64,000 nt of DNA from NCBI RefSeq assembly GCF_036321535.1, contig NC_087437.1:42906001-42970000 (forward strand), given 5' to 3'. The translations under genes and the position numbers were made by a program. The notes below the pieces were generated by a model that saw only the letters and a list, made by a program, of their open reading frames with translations, was not told where the DNA came from and searched no databases. This DNA comes from Camelus dromedarius. Its lineage: Eukaryota. Position 1 is the first letter of the stretch, and every line of letters starts with the position of its first letter. Shown in pieces: positions 1 through 13,200 of this stretch.

Positions 1-779
1 AGAGTAGCACGCAAAGGGAAACAAACAGATAAGAAGGGAGAAAAGGAGGAAGAGAGCAATGGAAACTAATAACATCTTTTCTCTTAATGGTGATGGGGAA
101 AATGAGGGTGAGGAGGGGGTGGGTCAGTAATTAATTCAGGGAATCTTAATTAAAAACAATATAATAAGGCCAAGGGTGCAAGCTGATCCTAAAAAATCTG
201 CAGTAGAAAAGGTCTAGATGCTGAAGATGAGTGACGGATTAGAAAAAAATGCTTCATCTCCAAGGCTCAGAGGTCAAGATCAAAATCAGTGTGGATACCG
301 GTCTTGGAACCAGAAAGCAAGGTAGCACAGAGGCCAACCAAGTTCTGAGGCAAAGAAAAGAGAAGTTCTGTGTGATAGTTGTAACTCAGCAGCCTTGGGG
401 GTTTGCTTTTGGGTCAGCAGGTGGTTTCTGCAATGGAGGATAAATAAGTTTTAAAGAGTCAGTGATGAGTTTACCTGCAGCCACAGTGGTGATTATACAC
501 TAACAGTGTAATGTTTCCAGATAGTTAAGCAGTGGTGAGCAGAGGTACAATCAAAAGGCAATATGATGGAATGCTTCCTAAATCAGAAGTTTCTGTTTCT
601 TAACAGTATAGCATGTTACTTTGTGTGTGTGTTTTAACTACATTCATGAATCTGCACTGCAAACCTTCTGACATCATTGACACTTTTAATACAAGTTGCC
701 TTGAAAATGCTCTCTCTCCATTAAATTGTTGAAACCACCTGTTATGTGTACCACTGACCCAGTGAAGGATGGGATCACT

Positions 780-1189
780 CTTCACTGAAGGGTTCAGTAT
801 CTATGGCTTAAGACCACTGCCCTGTTAGTCGTGAAGGGCCACAAGACCTGTCTGACTTTCCACCAGCGACCCCAGGTCATGTCATTAACGATATTAAATC
901 CCATGGTCAATCATTATACAACTTCCTTGTATACATGCTTCATTCCATTGTATTCTCTCTATCATCCCAAAATAAAACCCCTGGTTAAATGTAACTCTGC
1001 CAACGCCATACCTGTCTCTGTACAATTGAATGTGGTTGAAAAAAAAATACATAGCTACACAGTGTTAAATTCATGGCTACAATCTCAAGTAAGCCCTTAA
1101 TACCACATCATAATACTATTACACTTCCCTAATTTAATTGCTCACTCTTTCTCACTTTCCCACTCTTCCAAAATGAGAGTCATCGAAAT
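780..1189 (+). mobile_element. L2 LINE internal (ORF2) remnant
   Basis: Degenerate match to recalled L2 internal sequence (ccatggtcaatcattata...aaaacccctggttaaat...aaattcatggctacaatctcaagtaagcccttaat). Confidence 0.65.
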
Positions 1190-1352
1190 CCTCGCTACTC
1201 CAAGCATGAGCCGTGCGCCCACGGCTTCCTCACCTGAGAGCACGTTAGAGATGTAAAATCTCAGGCCTCATGCCAGACTTACTGAATCTGATTCTGCATT
1301 TAAATAAGATCTCCAGGTCATTCGTATGCACGCTGAAGTTTGAGAGGCACCG
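1190..1352. mobile_element. MER5B-like hAT-Charlie non-autonomous DNA transposon, between L2 fragments
   Basis: cctcgctactc...ttagagatgtaaaatctcaggcc...gaatctgattctgcatttaaataagatctccaggtcattcgtatgcac...aagtttgagaggcac follows the recalled MER5B consensus end to end. Confidence 0.8.
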
Positions 1353-1354
1353 AT

Positions 1355-1830
1355 CTTCTGACCTCCCTCTTCCTCACCATGCTCTAACCACCCCGGTTTC
1401 TGGCTGTTCCTAAAACATAACCAGCCGTACTCCTGCTTTAGTGTCTTTGCACTGGCTCTTCCCTCTGCCTGGAATGCTCTTCTCCTCGAGTATCCACATG
1501 GCTAATCCCATCATCTCCTTCAATTTCTGTTCAGGTATCACTGTCTCATTAAGTCCCAACCTGACCACCCTACATCATTTTAACTCTGCTTGTCATGCGT
1601 GACCACCCCTTATGTGCTCTACATCTTTCATTTCCGTTGCACTCATCACTCTCTAACGTGCTATGTTATGTTCTTATTTGTTATGTATAGCTACTTACAA
1701 CTTTTTTTTTTCTGTTTTACCCCTCCCTCTCGAATATAAACACCATAGGAGAAGTATTCCTTGCCTGTTCAGTTCATCAGTACATTCCAGTCACCTAGAT
1801 TGGAATAAATATTTGCTGAATAAGTAAAGA
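1355..1830 (+). mobile_element. L2 3' end
   Basis: Typical L2 3' motifs (tttgcactggctcttccctctgcctggaatgctctt; ends aataaatatttgctgaataagtaaa). Confidence 0.8.
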
Positions 1831-2094
1831 GAAGACAATGTGAGAAAAAAAAAACAACAAAAAAACGCCTGGATTTAAGCCCCAACCTTTAGGCTTTTGG
1901 TTGGGGCTACAGCTGAATTTGGTTGGGATGAAGTTTCCTCAATTGCACAAGGGACTAAGAGAGCAAAATCACCACTCCCAACTCTGCTGTTTTTCTCTAG
2001 TACAAGTGTCTTTTATTTACTTTTCTTCCTGCAGAAAGCTACAACATGTGTGTCCTTCTGCTCTGACTTAATTTTTCTTTCATTTCCTCCTTTT

Positions 2095-3345
2095 CCTGAG
2101 TCCCTAGAACTCCATAATCAAAACACTCCTTTTATGTTCTGAAACTTTTCAGAATATTCCCTCAACTTTCTTTTCCTCGCTGAAAGTTGGCTGCCCTCTG
2201 AAGACAACACGTATTCCACAGAACTCTCACTTGGAAGACATCTCTACTTTCATAACCTTGCTAACCTCAGGTGCTGCTGGTGTCTTCTTTGCTCCCATTA
2301 GTTGCTTTCAGACTATTGTTTCTTTTCCTGCCAAACTCCCTGCTTCTGGGCAATCTTCCCTTCCCTCGCCTGCATTGTTATTAACCTCCTGATCATTCCT
2401 TCTCATGATTTAATGACTGTGGCAAGGTTCACCATGCAAGTCTAGGCAAAGACTTCAGAGCTCTGGTCTCCACAACCTCCCGATCCTCGGTGGTATTCTC
2501 CGTCTCTCCGTCTCAGCCACCCAACTTCCACGGTCACAGGCTTGATTTGTTGTTTTCCCAGATTGTTCCATGGGTGACATCACTAATTCAAACATCTCAG
2601 TCTTGGATGATAACTTCCTCACTTCAAATTATCTGTTCATCTACCTCCATTACAAGCTTTCAGGACTTACTAGCATTTCCGGACAGTGGCTCTCTCTACA
2701 TTCTTCCTGCCAGTCATCTTCTGCTGCCAACTCCATCTGTACCCAGTGTAGAGTCCGTGGTCCATAATCTTAATCACCCTTTTGCCAAAACCCTCCCTTT
2801 TGCCACTTACCTGGACACTGCAAACCTGAATGAACCCAATGGAACAGCTTCTTTTCTAGTTTTTTTTAATCCTGCTTGTAAAAACCATGCAATTAAGTTT
2901 TTTCCTCACTCTGAATTCATCATGAACCAATTCCTCAGTACTGCCTGGGAATTCTATTCTGTTTTATAGTTAGATCACTTGCCATTCCCTGCAACAATTA
3001 TTTCAATTCTTTGAATACTTCTTCCCTCCCATCTACCTACAACTTGACGCTGCCTCCTAATTCATCTTGAAAAAAGAAGAAACAAGTTTGGCTTTCTCAG
3101 GAAGGCTCCTGTGACTCCCTGAGCAGCGTTCTTTTCCCCTGGCCCTGCCTCAGATGAGGTTACTACTGCTATTTTATGATTTCACACCACCCTTTCTTCT
3201 CTTTCTCTCTTTCTGTACGTATAATTTGTTTTAAAATTGTGTAATTTTTCTTATATCAATGTTCCGTACTAAGTTCTATGAGCTCTAGAATCTAGTAGCA
3301 TATTTGGCACATATGGTGGGCACTCAGTGAATAAATGGATGATGA
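2095..3345 (+). mobile_element. L2 internal fragment plus 3' end
   Basis: Pyrimidine-rich L2 ORF2-like sequence (gctgaaagttggctgccctctgaagaca...tgtcttctttgctcccattagttgctttcagactatt); ends tggcacatatggtgggcactcagtgaataaatg. Explains the 159-aa ORF at 2490-2969. Confidence 0.65.
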
Positions 3346-4024
3346 CCATTCTACAGTTTACTTTGGTTACAATAATTGTCATTCTTTTGTGTAACAGCAC
3401 CACATGCTCTGTGTACCTTACTTCCCAGTAAGCCTAACAGATAGACATTATTGTTCCTGTGTTACGAAGGAGTCAGGTTCTGCAAAGTTAAGCCATGTGT
3501 GCACATATGCATGGCAGTGTAGGTATGCACAGAGCCATCTGCTTCTCAAGATATTGTCTTGAAGGCCTTCAGTCTGTCAGACTTGAGCATGTGGAAATAA
3601 GAGATTTCCTTCCTTGAAAAACTTATGATCTAGTAGAATAGTCCCTACAATATTATGGTAACATATGGGATAACAGCTAAGACACAGTTAAAGAAAGCTT
3701 GTTAAGGTAGCACACACATGGATGACCCTGTCCAGTGCACTGGACCATGGGGGAATCCTGTTGTGGATGAAGACGCTATGTCTTCAGTAACACACTAAGC
3801 CATGAGACATTCTGGGAAGCCTCCCTAGGCTTCATAAAATGCTCTGTTAAGTTAGGTGTCTTGGAGGATTAATTCTGCATCAGCAATTACAAAGGAAAAA
3901 TAAAGAGCAGACGCAAAAAGATTGTACTAAGTTTGAAACCAAAAAGCAGAAAAACGAAACAAGGGAACAAAATCCGTACCCACTTTTAAAATAATAGTTG
4001 TAAAAAACTAATGGCAGGGAGGCG

Positions 4025-4265
4025 TGGCAGGGAGGAAGAGCAGGCCTGCCCTTGGAGTCAGACAGAGCTGGTCCCAGTCCCAGTCCTCCAACTTCCTCAT
4101 CGCATGACTCCTTTAGGATTTCTAAGCTCGCGGTCGAAAAATGGCAACAATAACAGATGCTTTAACAGTAGTACCAACCTCGCAGCGTCGTTGTGAGGAT
4201 GAAATGATATGTGAACATGTGCTTTGCTTAGCAGGCACTTAATAAATGGGAGCTGCCATTATTAA
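4025..4265 (+). mobile_element. MIR SINE
   Basis: ttggagtcagacagagctgg...gttgtgaggatgaaatga...ggcacttaataaatgggagctgccattatta. Confidence 0.75.
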
Positions 4266-4289
4266 TCACTGAAATGTGCATCTGCCTAA

Positions 4290-4660
4290 CGCAGGTGCTC
4301 TTCGTCTAGCTCTAGCTCTCTCGCTCGCTATCAGAAGCGTTTGGAAAGCTTCAGCTCTGAAGATTCTGAGTCAGCGCAGGTCTGGGTGGGGAACAGGCAC
4401 TCGCATTTTTTAAAAACCTCTACAGTTGATGCTGAGGCCCGGCCTAGTTAAGGTTCCTACTGCAGCCTTCATGTGCTCAGTGATTTCCAGCTTTATGCAT
4501 AAGGAGCCTCTGTTGAGCTCCTTGGAGGTACAGAATTCCAGGCCCCACTCCACAGCACTTGTGACCTGTGGATCTGGAGTGGGACCTAGGAAATGATATG
4601 ATATCTCCCGTCCCAGCAGAACTCTCTGTCACTGGTTCTCTGTGAGTGAATTTGAAGGTC
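4290..4660. mobile_element. Two degenerate MER5A-type DNA transposon fragments
   Basis: agattctgagtcagcgcaggtctgggtgggg...gcattttttaaaaacctc and cagaattccaggccccactcc...tctggagtgggacctagg resemble MER5A/MER5A1. Confidence 0.5.
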
Positions 4661-6099
4661 TGGCCCAGACTCACTGGAGGGGAGAACCTTTTTATGAGCA
4701 CATGTTGACTAAACCATGTATTATTTGAAAGTTTACTTTAGTGATTTCAACAGACACAACTCAGAAAGTCAGATTTTGCTCTTCCATATCATCCAGAAGA
4801 GTATGGCTCTTAGATTTTGATTTTTTTGTTCTCACAGAAGTCATTTGTCAGTAGCCCACAGACAGTGACCACAAACAGCTGAGCAGTACAACCTGGGACT
4901 GGGGCTGGAAACAATATCAGGCATTGCAGTCAGGCAACCGAGATTTCATGTTTTCAGTGCACAGAGGGCGCCTTGGTGAGGCAGGACTCAACCCAGAAGC
5001 TCCTGTAAGCTTTTATTGAGCAGAAATGGACCGAACTGCCCTCTTTCTGCCAGAAAGCTTAATAAGCTGTCCTCTTACAGCTGCGGCAGAGTTCAGAGGG
5101 GCCCAGAAACAGTCAGCAGGTAGAGAGCAGGGAGCGTGCAGAGCAGAAAGGCCGTTCCCAGGCAGTAAGTGGCTGTGGCTGGCACTTTTCAGATACTTTT
5201 GGAAGAAGAGCAAATCTTCTTAAATCCCAGACTTGCGCAGACAATGGAGTAGCTACAGGTTACAGAAATACCACTGACAAGAGTCTGCATGTAAGGCAGC
5301 TCTATGCAGGGAGTGTGAGAATTTTCTGCTACATACTAAAATTAATAACCTCTGCTCTGATCTAATACAGGACTACACGGTGTGGGAAGCCGAAGAGGTC
5401 AGCAGGTGGCAGCACTAGGTGATGAAGAGAAGCCAAGTGGCCTGAGACAGAAATAGTTCCCTTGGCCCGCCTGGCAAAGGGTTTCAAGACCTGCAGGCAT
5501 TTTGAACTTCTTCTCAATAGGAGGGAGGCACTGGGGAGGTAATCACTGGTGCCTGAACTTCCACTCAAATTCAGATTTAGGGAGAGTCTGGAGAAAAGTG
5601 GGGCCTGCTGTCATGTCAGCAGTAGGTTAACACTCTTTTCAGAGAGTGATCAGGGCTTTGGCAGTTCAGGAATGCACTTTTCTTGAAACACTCAACACAT
5701 TTTGAAACAATGAGGAATATTCGATTTTCATATTCATCACAGAACACATAAAGTTGGATAAGTATGTAGGCTGATAAGGAAGGATGTGATCCCTGTGTCA
5801 TTGACATTAAAATTTTTGATAATTTAAAAAACAATAATGGTGGTAAAAGCCCAAGGGGTTATATGACAGCTATGAAGAAGGTGATTGTCTGAAGAGGAGG
5901 AACAATATCACTCGACAAAATCTGCATGGCCTTTTATTTGATAGCTAAATTTAAGTTATACTGTCCAGGAAATCATTCAGCTTTATGCATTATTTTATCT
6001 TTATTTCAAAAAAAAAAAGAGCAAAAGCTCTAAAATATGACATTAGAGGAGGAAAAACCTGGTGTGCTGTCAGGCTTGTATCTGGCACCACGTGCAGGG

Positions 6100-6755
6100 C
6101 AGTGCAGAGTAGAATAGAGGGTTCTTTTTCTGTTTGTTTGTTTCCTGTTATGTCCCAGCTGCAGTGGGTCTTCTTCAGCTGTGCTCTGGGGGTGATGGTT
6201 TGTTGCCCTTCCTCCAGTGACTGAAGGCTTTTGCCTGCGCCCCCCCCCCCCCCGGATCTAGGGCCTGGGAGGGGCTTCCTGCTTTTCCTGGGGAAAGACC
6301 CTTTTCCTCCAGGCCTGCACTGATGAGAGAGGTTTTCTCCAGTCACCAGTCCTGCCAGTGATCGTTCTCATTAGGACCCACTGGCGGTGCTTAGAGAAGA
6401 GTCTGTAAGTGGATGTGGATTCCCCTTGTGTCTCTGGCTCCTAGGAATTCTGTTATCTAAAAAAAATTGCCTTTTAGCTGAAGTCTTCTACGTGCTTCTG
6501 TGCACCTGGCATCCATCTCTTCCTCTGCTCACACTTGAGCCCACAGGTGAGGTATGTTCATGCCCTGTCTCTGCTTGCAGGGACCTGTCTTTCCTTGGAC
6601 TTGAGGCTACTTGGTAGGCCTGCAAATGTAGCTTCTTGATGAGTTCAAGAGAAGCTATGATTTTGCAGTTTATCAGGCTTTTTGTTGTTGTTGTTGTTCT
6701 TAATGTAGGAGCAACAACCTTTCTATATTTCGACATCCTAAGCAGAAGCAGCAGG
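6100..6755 (-). mobile_element. Ancient L1M (L1MC/L1MD-type) 5' end
   Basis: tgatgagttcaagagaagctatgattttgcagtttatcaggcttttt...acatcctaagcagaagc resembles the antisense of old L1 5' UTR termini. Contains a C14 run at 6240-6253. Confidence 0.6.
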
Positions 6756-7147
6756 CTCTGTAACTTCTCTAAAATTTAATATTTACTATCTTCTTTTCCT
6801 GCTATGTTTTGAGTGAAGTCCTCAGTACTATTACTGAATTTATCTATTCTGGAGCTGTTTCATTTTTTAGTTATTTTTAGCAATTATAACTTTCTTCCCA
6901 GACTACTTATTTTTCATATTTTTCTGTTCTTGAATTATATCTGTGTGTTTTTGACTCTTAGTTTTTATTTTTTTATGGGTATCATTTCTTCCTCTGTCTC
7001 ACTGACAATATAAAATATACATATTTTAAAGTGATTTTTAGATGGCTCTGTTATTTTCAATTCACTGAGAGTGAATTTGTGTCTCGGAGTGTAATTTTTT
7101 ATTTGTTTCTTTAAAAATGTATTATTTTTAAAATTGTTATAATTTTT

Positions 7148-7230
7148 AATTATTATTTTTTATTGGGGATTAAATCTAGGACCTCATGCATGCTAAGCAT
7201 GCATTCTACCACTGAGCTATATGCACCTTC
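7148..7230 (-). mobile_element. Camelid tRNA-derived SINE (Vic-1-like), short copy
   Basis: Reverse complement reads ...tatagctcagtggtagaatgcatgcttagcatgcatgaggtcctagatttaatcccc + A-rich tail (A box, degenerate B box). Possible TSD taattttt at 7140-7147 and 7231-7238. Confidence 0.85.
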
Positions 7231-7719
7231 TAATTTTTGTTAATAGATTTTCTCAGCAATAATTTTTCACTTGTGCTTTAGAATGCTAATTTGTGACCTT
7301 TTTTGAGTAGTTGATTTCACTCTCTGTATGCCCATCCCCTCTCTCTAGCAATTTTATTGTCTCTCTCTCTATCCCTGGATCCCAGGTACAGAGTAAGATC
7401 TTGTTTTTATAACATGGAGCTACCGTGTTATCTCGTGTATCTCGTCTCCAAGCCAGTGGGTGGTCTGACCCATGTCCAGCTTGCAGAGCTACCTCTTACC
7501 CTGCCCACAGTAGCAGACCTGGGTAGGGGTCATCATTTTTATCACTCCTTATCCCTGAAGCCACAACAGAGCACGGCTCTGGTCATATACAGACATACAC
7601 ATGAGTATATGTGTATATGTGTGCTGTTTTAAATATTGACTGGTCATTTCAAACCTTCAATACCCCCTTTATATTACACACTTACACACATAATTTATAG
7701 ATGGCCTTGAATCTTATGT

Positions 7720-8790
7720 CACTAAACAAATAGAAACTATCAGGCAGTATCTCCTTCAGCTTCCCAACAAATCTACCAGTAAACTTATATCTGTGTTTAT
7801 CTCCTTGTTAGAAGGGCAGTGTCCTTTCTCTTAGCTTTAATTTCTAGGCCCTTTTACATTCTCAGGAACCTTATCAATCTTCCTTCTCTCTGTTATCATT
7901 AATTTGACCTTCTCTACTAACTTCTTTTCATCAATATTTCACAATTAATCTCCCAAATAATAAAAACTGAAAAAAACTACCACCTCCTCTGACCCAATTT
8001 CCCTGTTCAGCTACAAATCTACTTCTATCTGTCTTTCTCTTTACAGTCAAACTTCTTGAGTGAATTTTCCATCACTGCTGTTTTCATTTCCTCTTCTCTC
8101 CCTTGTAAACACATGGCCGTCTGGCTTCTACTCTGAGTGTTCCACAGGAATTTTCACTGAGGCCACCCATGTGCCTGCTGGACACTTTCCAGTTCTCATT
8201 CTGGTCCTTCTTACAAGTATTTGATACTTTTTCCTCAGTCTTCCCAGATCCTTTTTTTTAACCTAAACCCTAAAATTCTGCTGTTTCTTTGATTCTACGT
8301 CCTGGCTTCTCCCTGTTCTCAGACTGCCCCTCATCATCCGCCCCAGTAACAAACACAGCTTCAGTGACCATGCGTGGACTGACGATCCTGTACATCTATC
8401 CACGTTCCTCTCACGTCAGATCCATAATCAAATGCCTGCTTGGTTTTTCTGCTTGAATGTCGCAGGCACTTAAAATTCAACATATACAAATAAAAAGAAT
8501 TATTTTTCTTCCCCAAGCTGCTATTTCTTCAGAAATCTCTGTCTTAGTAAATGCTACAATCAGCTGCTCTTTTCCTCAAGCAGGAAATCTGGAAAGAATC
8601 TTGAATGCTCCCTCCCCCTCACTGTCTTCTCCATACCCTGCTAATTCTATCTCCTGAATACCTTTCATAGTTTTCTACTTACATCCATTTCCACTGCTGC
8701 CACCCTAGTGTGTACCATCATGCTCCTCTGAAGTGTGAGAACACCACTGAATGACTACAGTAACCTCTTCATTGTTTTTCTTTCTAACAT
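7720..8790 (+). mobile_element. L2 internal (RT region) remnant
   Basis: Motifs gtctggcttctactc, aatgcctgcttgg...gaatgtcgcaggcacttaaaattcaacat, ctcaagcaggaaatctgg. Confidence 0.7.
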
Positions 8791-8794
8791 ATTT

Positions 8795-9260
8795 ATTTTT
8801 CACTCATTTTTGTATTCACAGATGTTTGTGAAGTATTTACATGTACAAGATAACCCATGGGCCATGCACTCTGATAAATATTTTCAGAAAGAAAAAACTT
8901 TATAAAACATTTTTCAAATTGGGTAAACGAGAAAGGCATAAAAATCACAATGAGTCAAATAATGACACTTGAAATAAGGATACTATAGATCAGGTGCCAG
9001 GGAAGTTCAGAAGAAAAACTGCTACTTCCATCTTGGGGGAAAAGGGAGATGATTTCATAGAAGAGGGGATATTTGAGCTGAACTCTACTGTTTTGGTCTC
9101 AAGAGTGTTGGGGGAAAGATAAAGGAAAGGGAGTCATGGAAAGGAAGGAAGAAAGGAGAAAACAGTGAAGTAAGGAAGACCAGAGGGTGCAGGGATGGAC
9201 ATCATAGAATCTGGCTACCAGACAAGGTGCTTGAAGAGGTTTAGTGGAAGATGAGCTGAG
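8795..9260 (-). mobile_element. L2 3' region, antisense
   Basis: Purine-rich L2 antisense motifs (gatttcatagaagaggggatatttgagctga). Confidence 0.5.
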
Positions 9261-11102
9261 AAATACTTAACATAATTGATGGGGGTGCATTGTTTCCACA
9301 TTCTCTACCCCTCTATACGTTGTATTTTGTTAGGAACTTATAGAGACTGAGAGGGCTATGTATGAAATTCCTAACAAACTGAAAGAGGAAGGAGACCCCC
9401 TGGCCGCTGCCAAAATGAGGTATGGCCCAGAATGATGAAATGACCTTTCAGTACACATTACTCATCACGTCTAACAACTTGAGAGTCACATTTTGCCTGG
9501 TTCCTCCCTCCGTATGTGATCTTTACAGGAGAAAATTTCTATTAGGAAATCCTTCTAGACTTCACGTTACCTTGGGACAAGTATCTGCCACCTTCCAGTG
9601 ATCAAAATATTTTAGTCACATCTCTAAGTGGCTGCTACATAAATAAACAGGAATCATAGCATATGGGAATATGGGTTTACAGCTTCCTCTTCATAATTAT
9701 ATCGTAATTACTGAGTTCTTCTAATACATTTGCCATCGTGAGAGCACTAGAATAAATATGAAACTGTTACTTTAAGCTTGCAGTCTGGTTCATGAATTTA
9801 GAAATTGTAATTATTATTTTAGGTATCAAATACAGTAGTTTTATTTCTCTGAAACAGAAAACGAGAAAGAAATGTGAGAGGGCAATTATCTCCAACCCAA
9901 ATCCTAAGATACTTAAAATCATCTCTTGTTTCCTTTGCATTAAATATTTGTATTGATTTCCTAATACTGTAAGGGACACGTAACACCTCTATTTTTATAT
10001 AAATGACTGGAAGAACACTTTTATACTTTCAGCTGAAGTAGATTATTAAGAAAGAGGCACTTGATGTTGTACGAGAAACTATTTTGTTACTTTAATGTAG
10101 TCCATAAATTATAATTGAGCATATTTAAAACAAAACACAGTTATAAACAGTAAAATCCATTCTGAACTAATCTTTGCCATTTTAAATTTATGGCAGTCAT
10201 GGAAAGAAAGGCATTTTCCTATAACATATCTTGTTTGTTTTTTTCCTAAATCTATTTAAGAATTTTTTTTTTCCTTAAAAGAGTGACTTTAAAACCCCAT
10301 TTATTTTTTTGAATCTCATTCTTCTCATCTTTTCTGGACCTAAATCTTACAACTACCCAATTTTTTCTTAGAGAGTTTAGTATATCTCACTTCATATTTC
10401 TCTTTTTGAAACAAGCTCAGTTCTCCAAATTAAAAAACAAACAAACAAAAAAATGGAAAGAAAACTTTTCTTGACTCCACTACTTTTTAGAGTTAAAAAC
10501 CTAATCTCTCTTCCTTTATAGATGATCTAAATTTTATTTGCTTTTTTTTCCATTTACATCAGTTTACTCATTTGTTCATCCATTCATTCAAAACAAATGA
10601 ATGTGCTGAATTTCAGTCACTTTTAAGAGCCCAAATACTTTCTTCTTCACAAAAATCTTTTCTGAAGTCCATTCTCTCCTCCCCTCTGATGTCTCTGATC
10701 CTTTCCTTCTCTGAATTCCCATTACTCTTTTTAATTCACTTGTGTTATTTTGTATCACACTTTGGTTATTTGTATGTTTTCTTTAACCTTCTAATTAAAA
10801 GCTCTGAGGGTAGTGACTCTGCCCTGTGTATGTTTTTGTCTCCTGAATGTCTAATGAATTACTTAGACAAGTCCCTCCAATGAACGTTCATTAAGCAGTT
10901 AATATATGCAATGCTTTAGCTTCTAAAATGTATATTTCATCAGAAAGAATTAGAGAAGGGCCTCAAAGTAGCATAAACAAATTGAACAAAGACTCAGAGA
11001 TGGGAAAGCATGAAATGTGGTTTTGCGATATCTACTTCTATGCACTTCTGCTGGGTAGGAGGAACTGGGAAGGAACTAATGGGGGAAAAAATTGGGAGCA
11101 GC

Positions 11103-11566
11103 ATGTGGTAAACTGTTATTATGGCTATAATTTAAGTCTTCCGAGAAAGCTTTTTCACCTGTCCTGGTAACCATCCCAGACCTTTCCTACATTGGCCTCC
11201 ATTGTATGTGTAAGTCTTGGTGGGTTCCCTCACCTGGTGTAGGGGTAGATTGTGTGACCCAGACTTGGTATAGTAAGTTAATTTCATCTCTAGTCACAGA
11301 AAAAAGCATGTGATTCAAGCAAACTAAAGTCCTATCCTGCCCCAGATATGAAGAGTCTGCCTGCAAAAAAGCTGAAGCAAGCCAAAGGATGAAAAAAGGG
11401 AAAGAGAAAAACCTGATGACCTCAGTTAAGTCTTGAATACAGTCATGTGAGAGCTCATGCACTCTGAACCTCTCAGTTATGTAATCCAGTATACTGTAGT
11501 TTTGCTTTTCAGGAATTTGCTTATTTTTACTTAATTGGACTTGAATTAAGTCTCTGTCAGTTGCAT
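11103..11566 (+). mobile_element. MLT1 (old MaLR, J/K/L-type) LTR
   Basis: Starts tgtggtaaactg; gtgtgacccagacttgg; agagtctgcctg...; tgaacctctcagttatgtaatccagta; ends tctgtcagttgca. Confidence 0.65.
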
Positions 11567-11849
11567 GCTCAGGGGAGTGGATGATGTTGATAGTAAATCT
11601 GTGTTTTTACTCTAAAGAGGGAATATCATTGAAGATTTTGAGAAAAGTATCAAGTAATCAAAATTATATCAGCTTTCTATCCGTCCATTCTCTGATTAGT
11701 CTTCTTAACTCCACCGGTCTTCCCCTATTTCTTCTATTCAAACCTTTTGCCACAAAACGGTTGCTAGATTCAGTGGCTCTTTCTCAGTGTTTATTTTCCT
11801 TGATTTCATTATAGTATGTGATGATACTGATAATTTATTCTTTCAATGT

Positions 11850-12075
11850 AAACTATGGCTAAAAAGAATGGACTTTGTGCTGGATTTTAGCTTGAATCCA
11901 GTTTTAGTGTGTTTTAGTTGTGTGATCTTGAACAATTCACATGAACATGGGGCTTCAGTTTCCTCATCTATAAAATGGGGTTAGTAAACCCACCTGATAA
12001 TTTAGTTGTGAGGATTAAGAAAGATAATAAGTGAGAGTGACTGAAATAGAGTAAATATTCTATGTATGGTAGCTA
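11850..12075 (+). mobile_element. MIR SINE
   Basis: Core: tgtgtgatcttgaacaa...gcttcagtttcctcatctataaaatgggg...gttgtgaggattaa. Confidence 0.85.
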
Positions 12076-12504
12076 TATGGTATAAAAGGCAAAGAGTATA
12101 ATTTCTCCCAATGGAAAAATACTGACAGTATTTTGAGTGAATTCTTTTATTTCTTGTTTTTACATTTTGTGCAGTATTTTAATTTTTTAATTAATGAATA
12201 ATATTCCCAAGAACTAGTTTCTTTCTTTTGAATGTTTCAGATGCATCCTTTCCTTTCCATTCCAATTGCTACCATGTAAAGTGTGACCTGATCACCTGGA
12301 CAGATTTCTTAGCCCATGTTTCTTCCTCTTCTAGCCTTCCATGCATTCTGCTGTTAGATTAGTCCTTCTAAAGCATGGATTATTTTTTCATAAATAAGAA
12401 CTTGTACTTTTTTTCCTAGTGAAAATTTCACTAAGTACAAATTCTTTTGCTTCATTTCCAAAACCTTCCATAAGACTTCACATTAGCTTTTCAACTGCAT
12501 ACTA

Positions 12505-13200
12505 TTTATTTTTACATAGCTCTATTAGGGTATAATTTACATACAATACATTTCATCTATTATAAGCGTAGAGTTTGATGACTATTAATCATCAAACTGA
12601 CACAATGGCAATTGTATACAGGTTTAGAACCACAACTACGATGAAGATACAGACCAGTTCCACTGGTCTCAAAAGTTCCTTCATGACCCTTTGCCATTGA
12701 TTGACAACTCAATCCTGGTCGTAGGCAACCACCCATGTTCGTTCTATTACTACAGTTATGCGTATCCTAGAATTTCATGTCAGTGGAGTCGTGAAGCCGG
12801 CAGTCTGTTGTGTTGCACTTCTTTCACTTAGCAGAATGGTTTTGCGGTTTGTTTTGTTGTTGTTTTTGTTGCCTTTGTTGCTGAGTAGTAGCCCAAAGTA
12901 TGGATATAACACAATTTGTTCATCCATTCACCAGTTAATGAACATTTAATGAATATGTTTCCAGAGTCAGGCCATTATGAAAACCTGTTACTCAGAAACT
13001 TTGCATACAAATCTTTGCGTAGAACTGTATATTCATCTCTTGTGGTAAATACTCATGAGTAGAATTGCAGATCCTAGCATGTCTATTTGTATTGTTATAA
13101 GAAAGCACTAAACCATTTTCCCAAGTGTATGCACCATCTTACATGACAATCAGTAATATATGGGAGTCCCAGTTACTGTCTAGTCTTTAAATATTTTGGG
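12505..13200 (-). mobile_element. L1ME/L1MB-type 3' end
   Basis: ggtataatttacatacaat...aggcaaccac...ctagaatttcatgtcagtggagtc...cttctttcacttagcagaatg...tccattcaccagtt. Confidence 0.8.

Noticed and set aside
2490..2969. 159-aa ORF
   Set aside because: Lies within degraded L2 ORF2 sequence; not a host gene.
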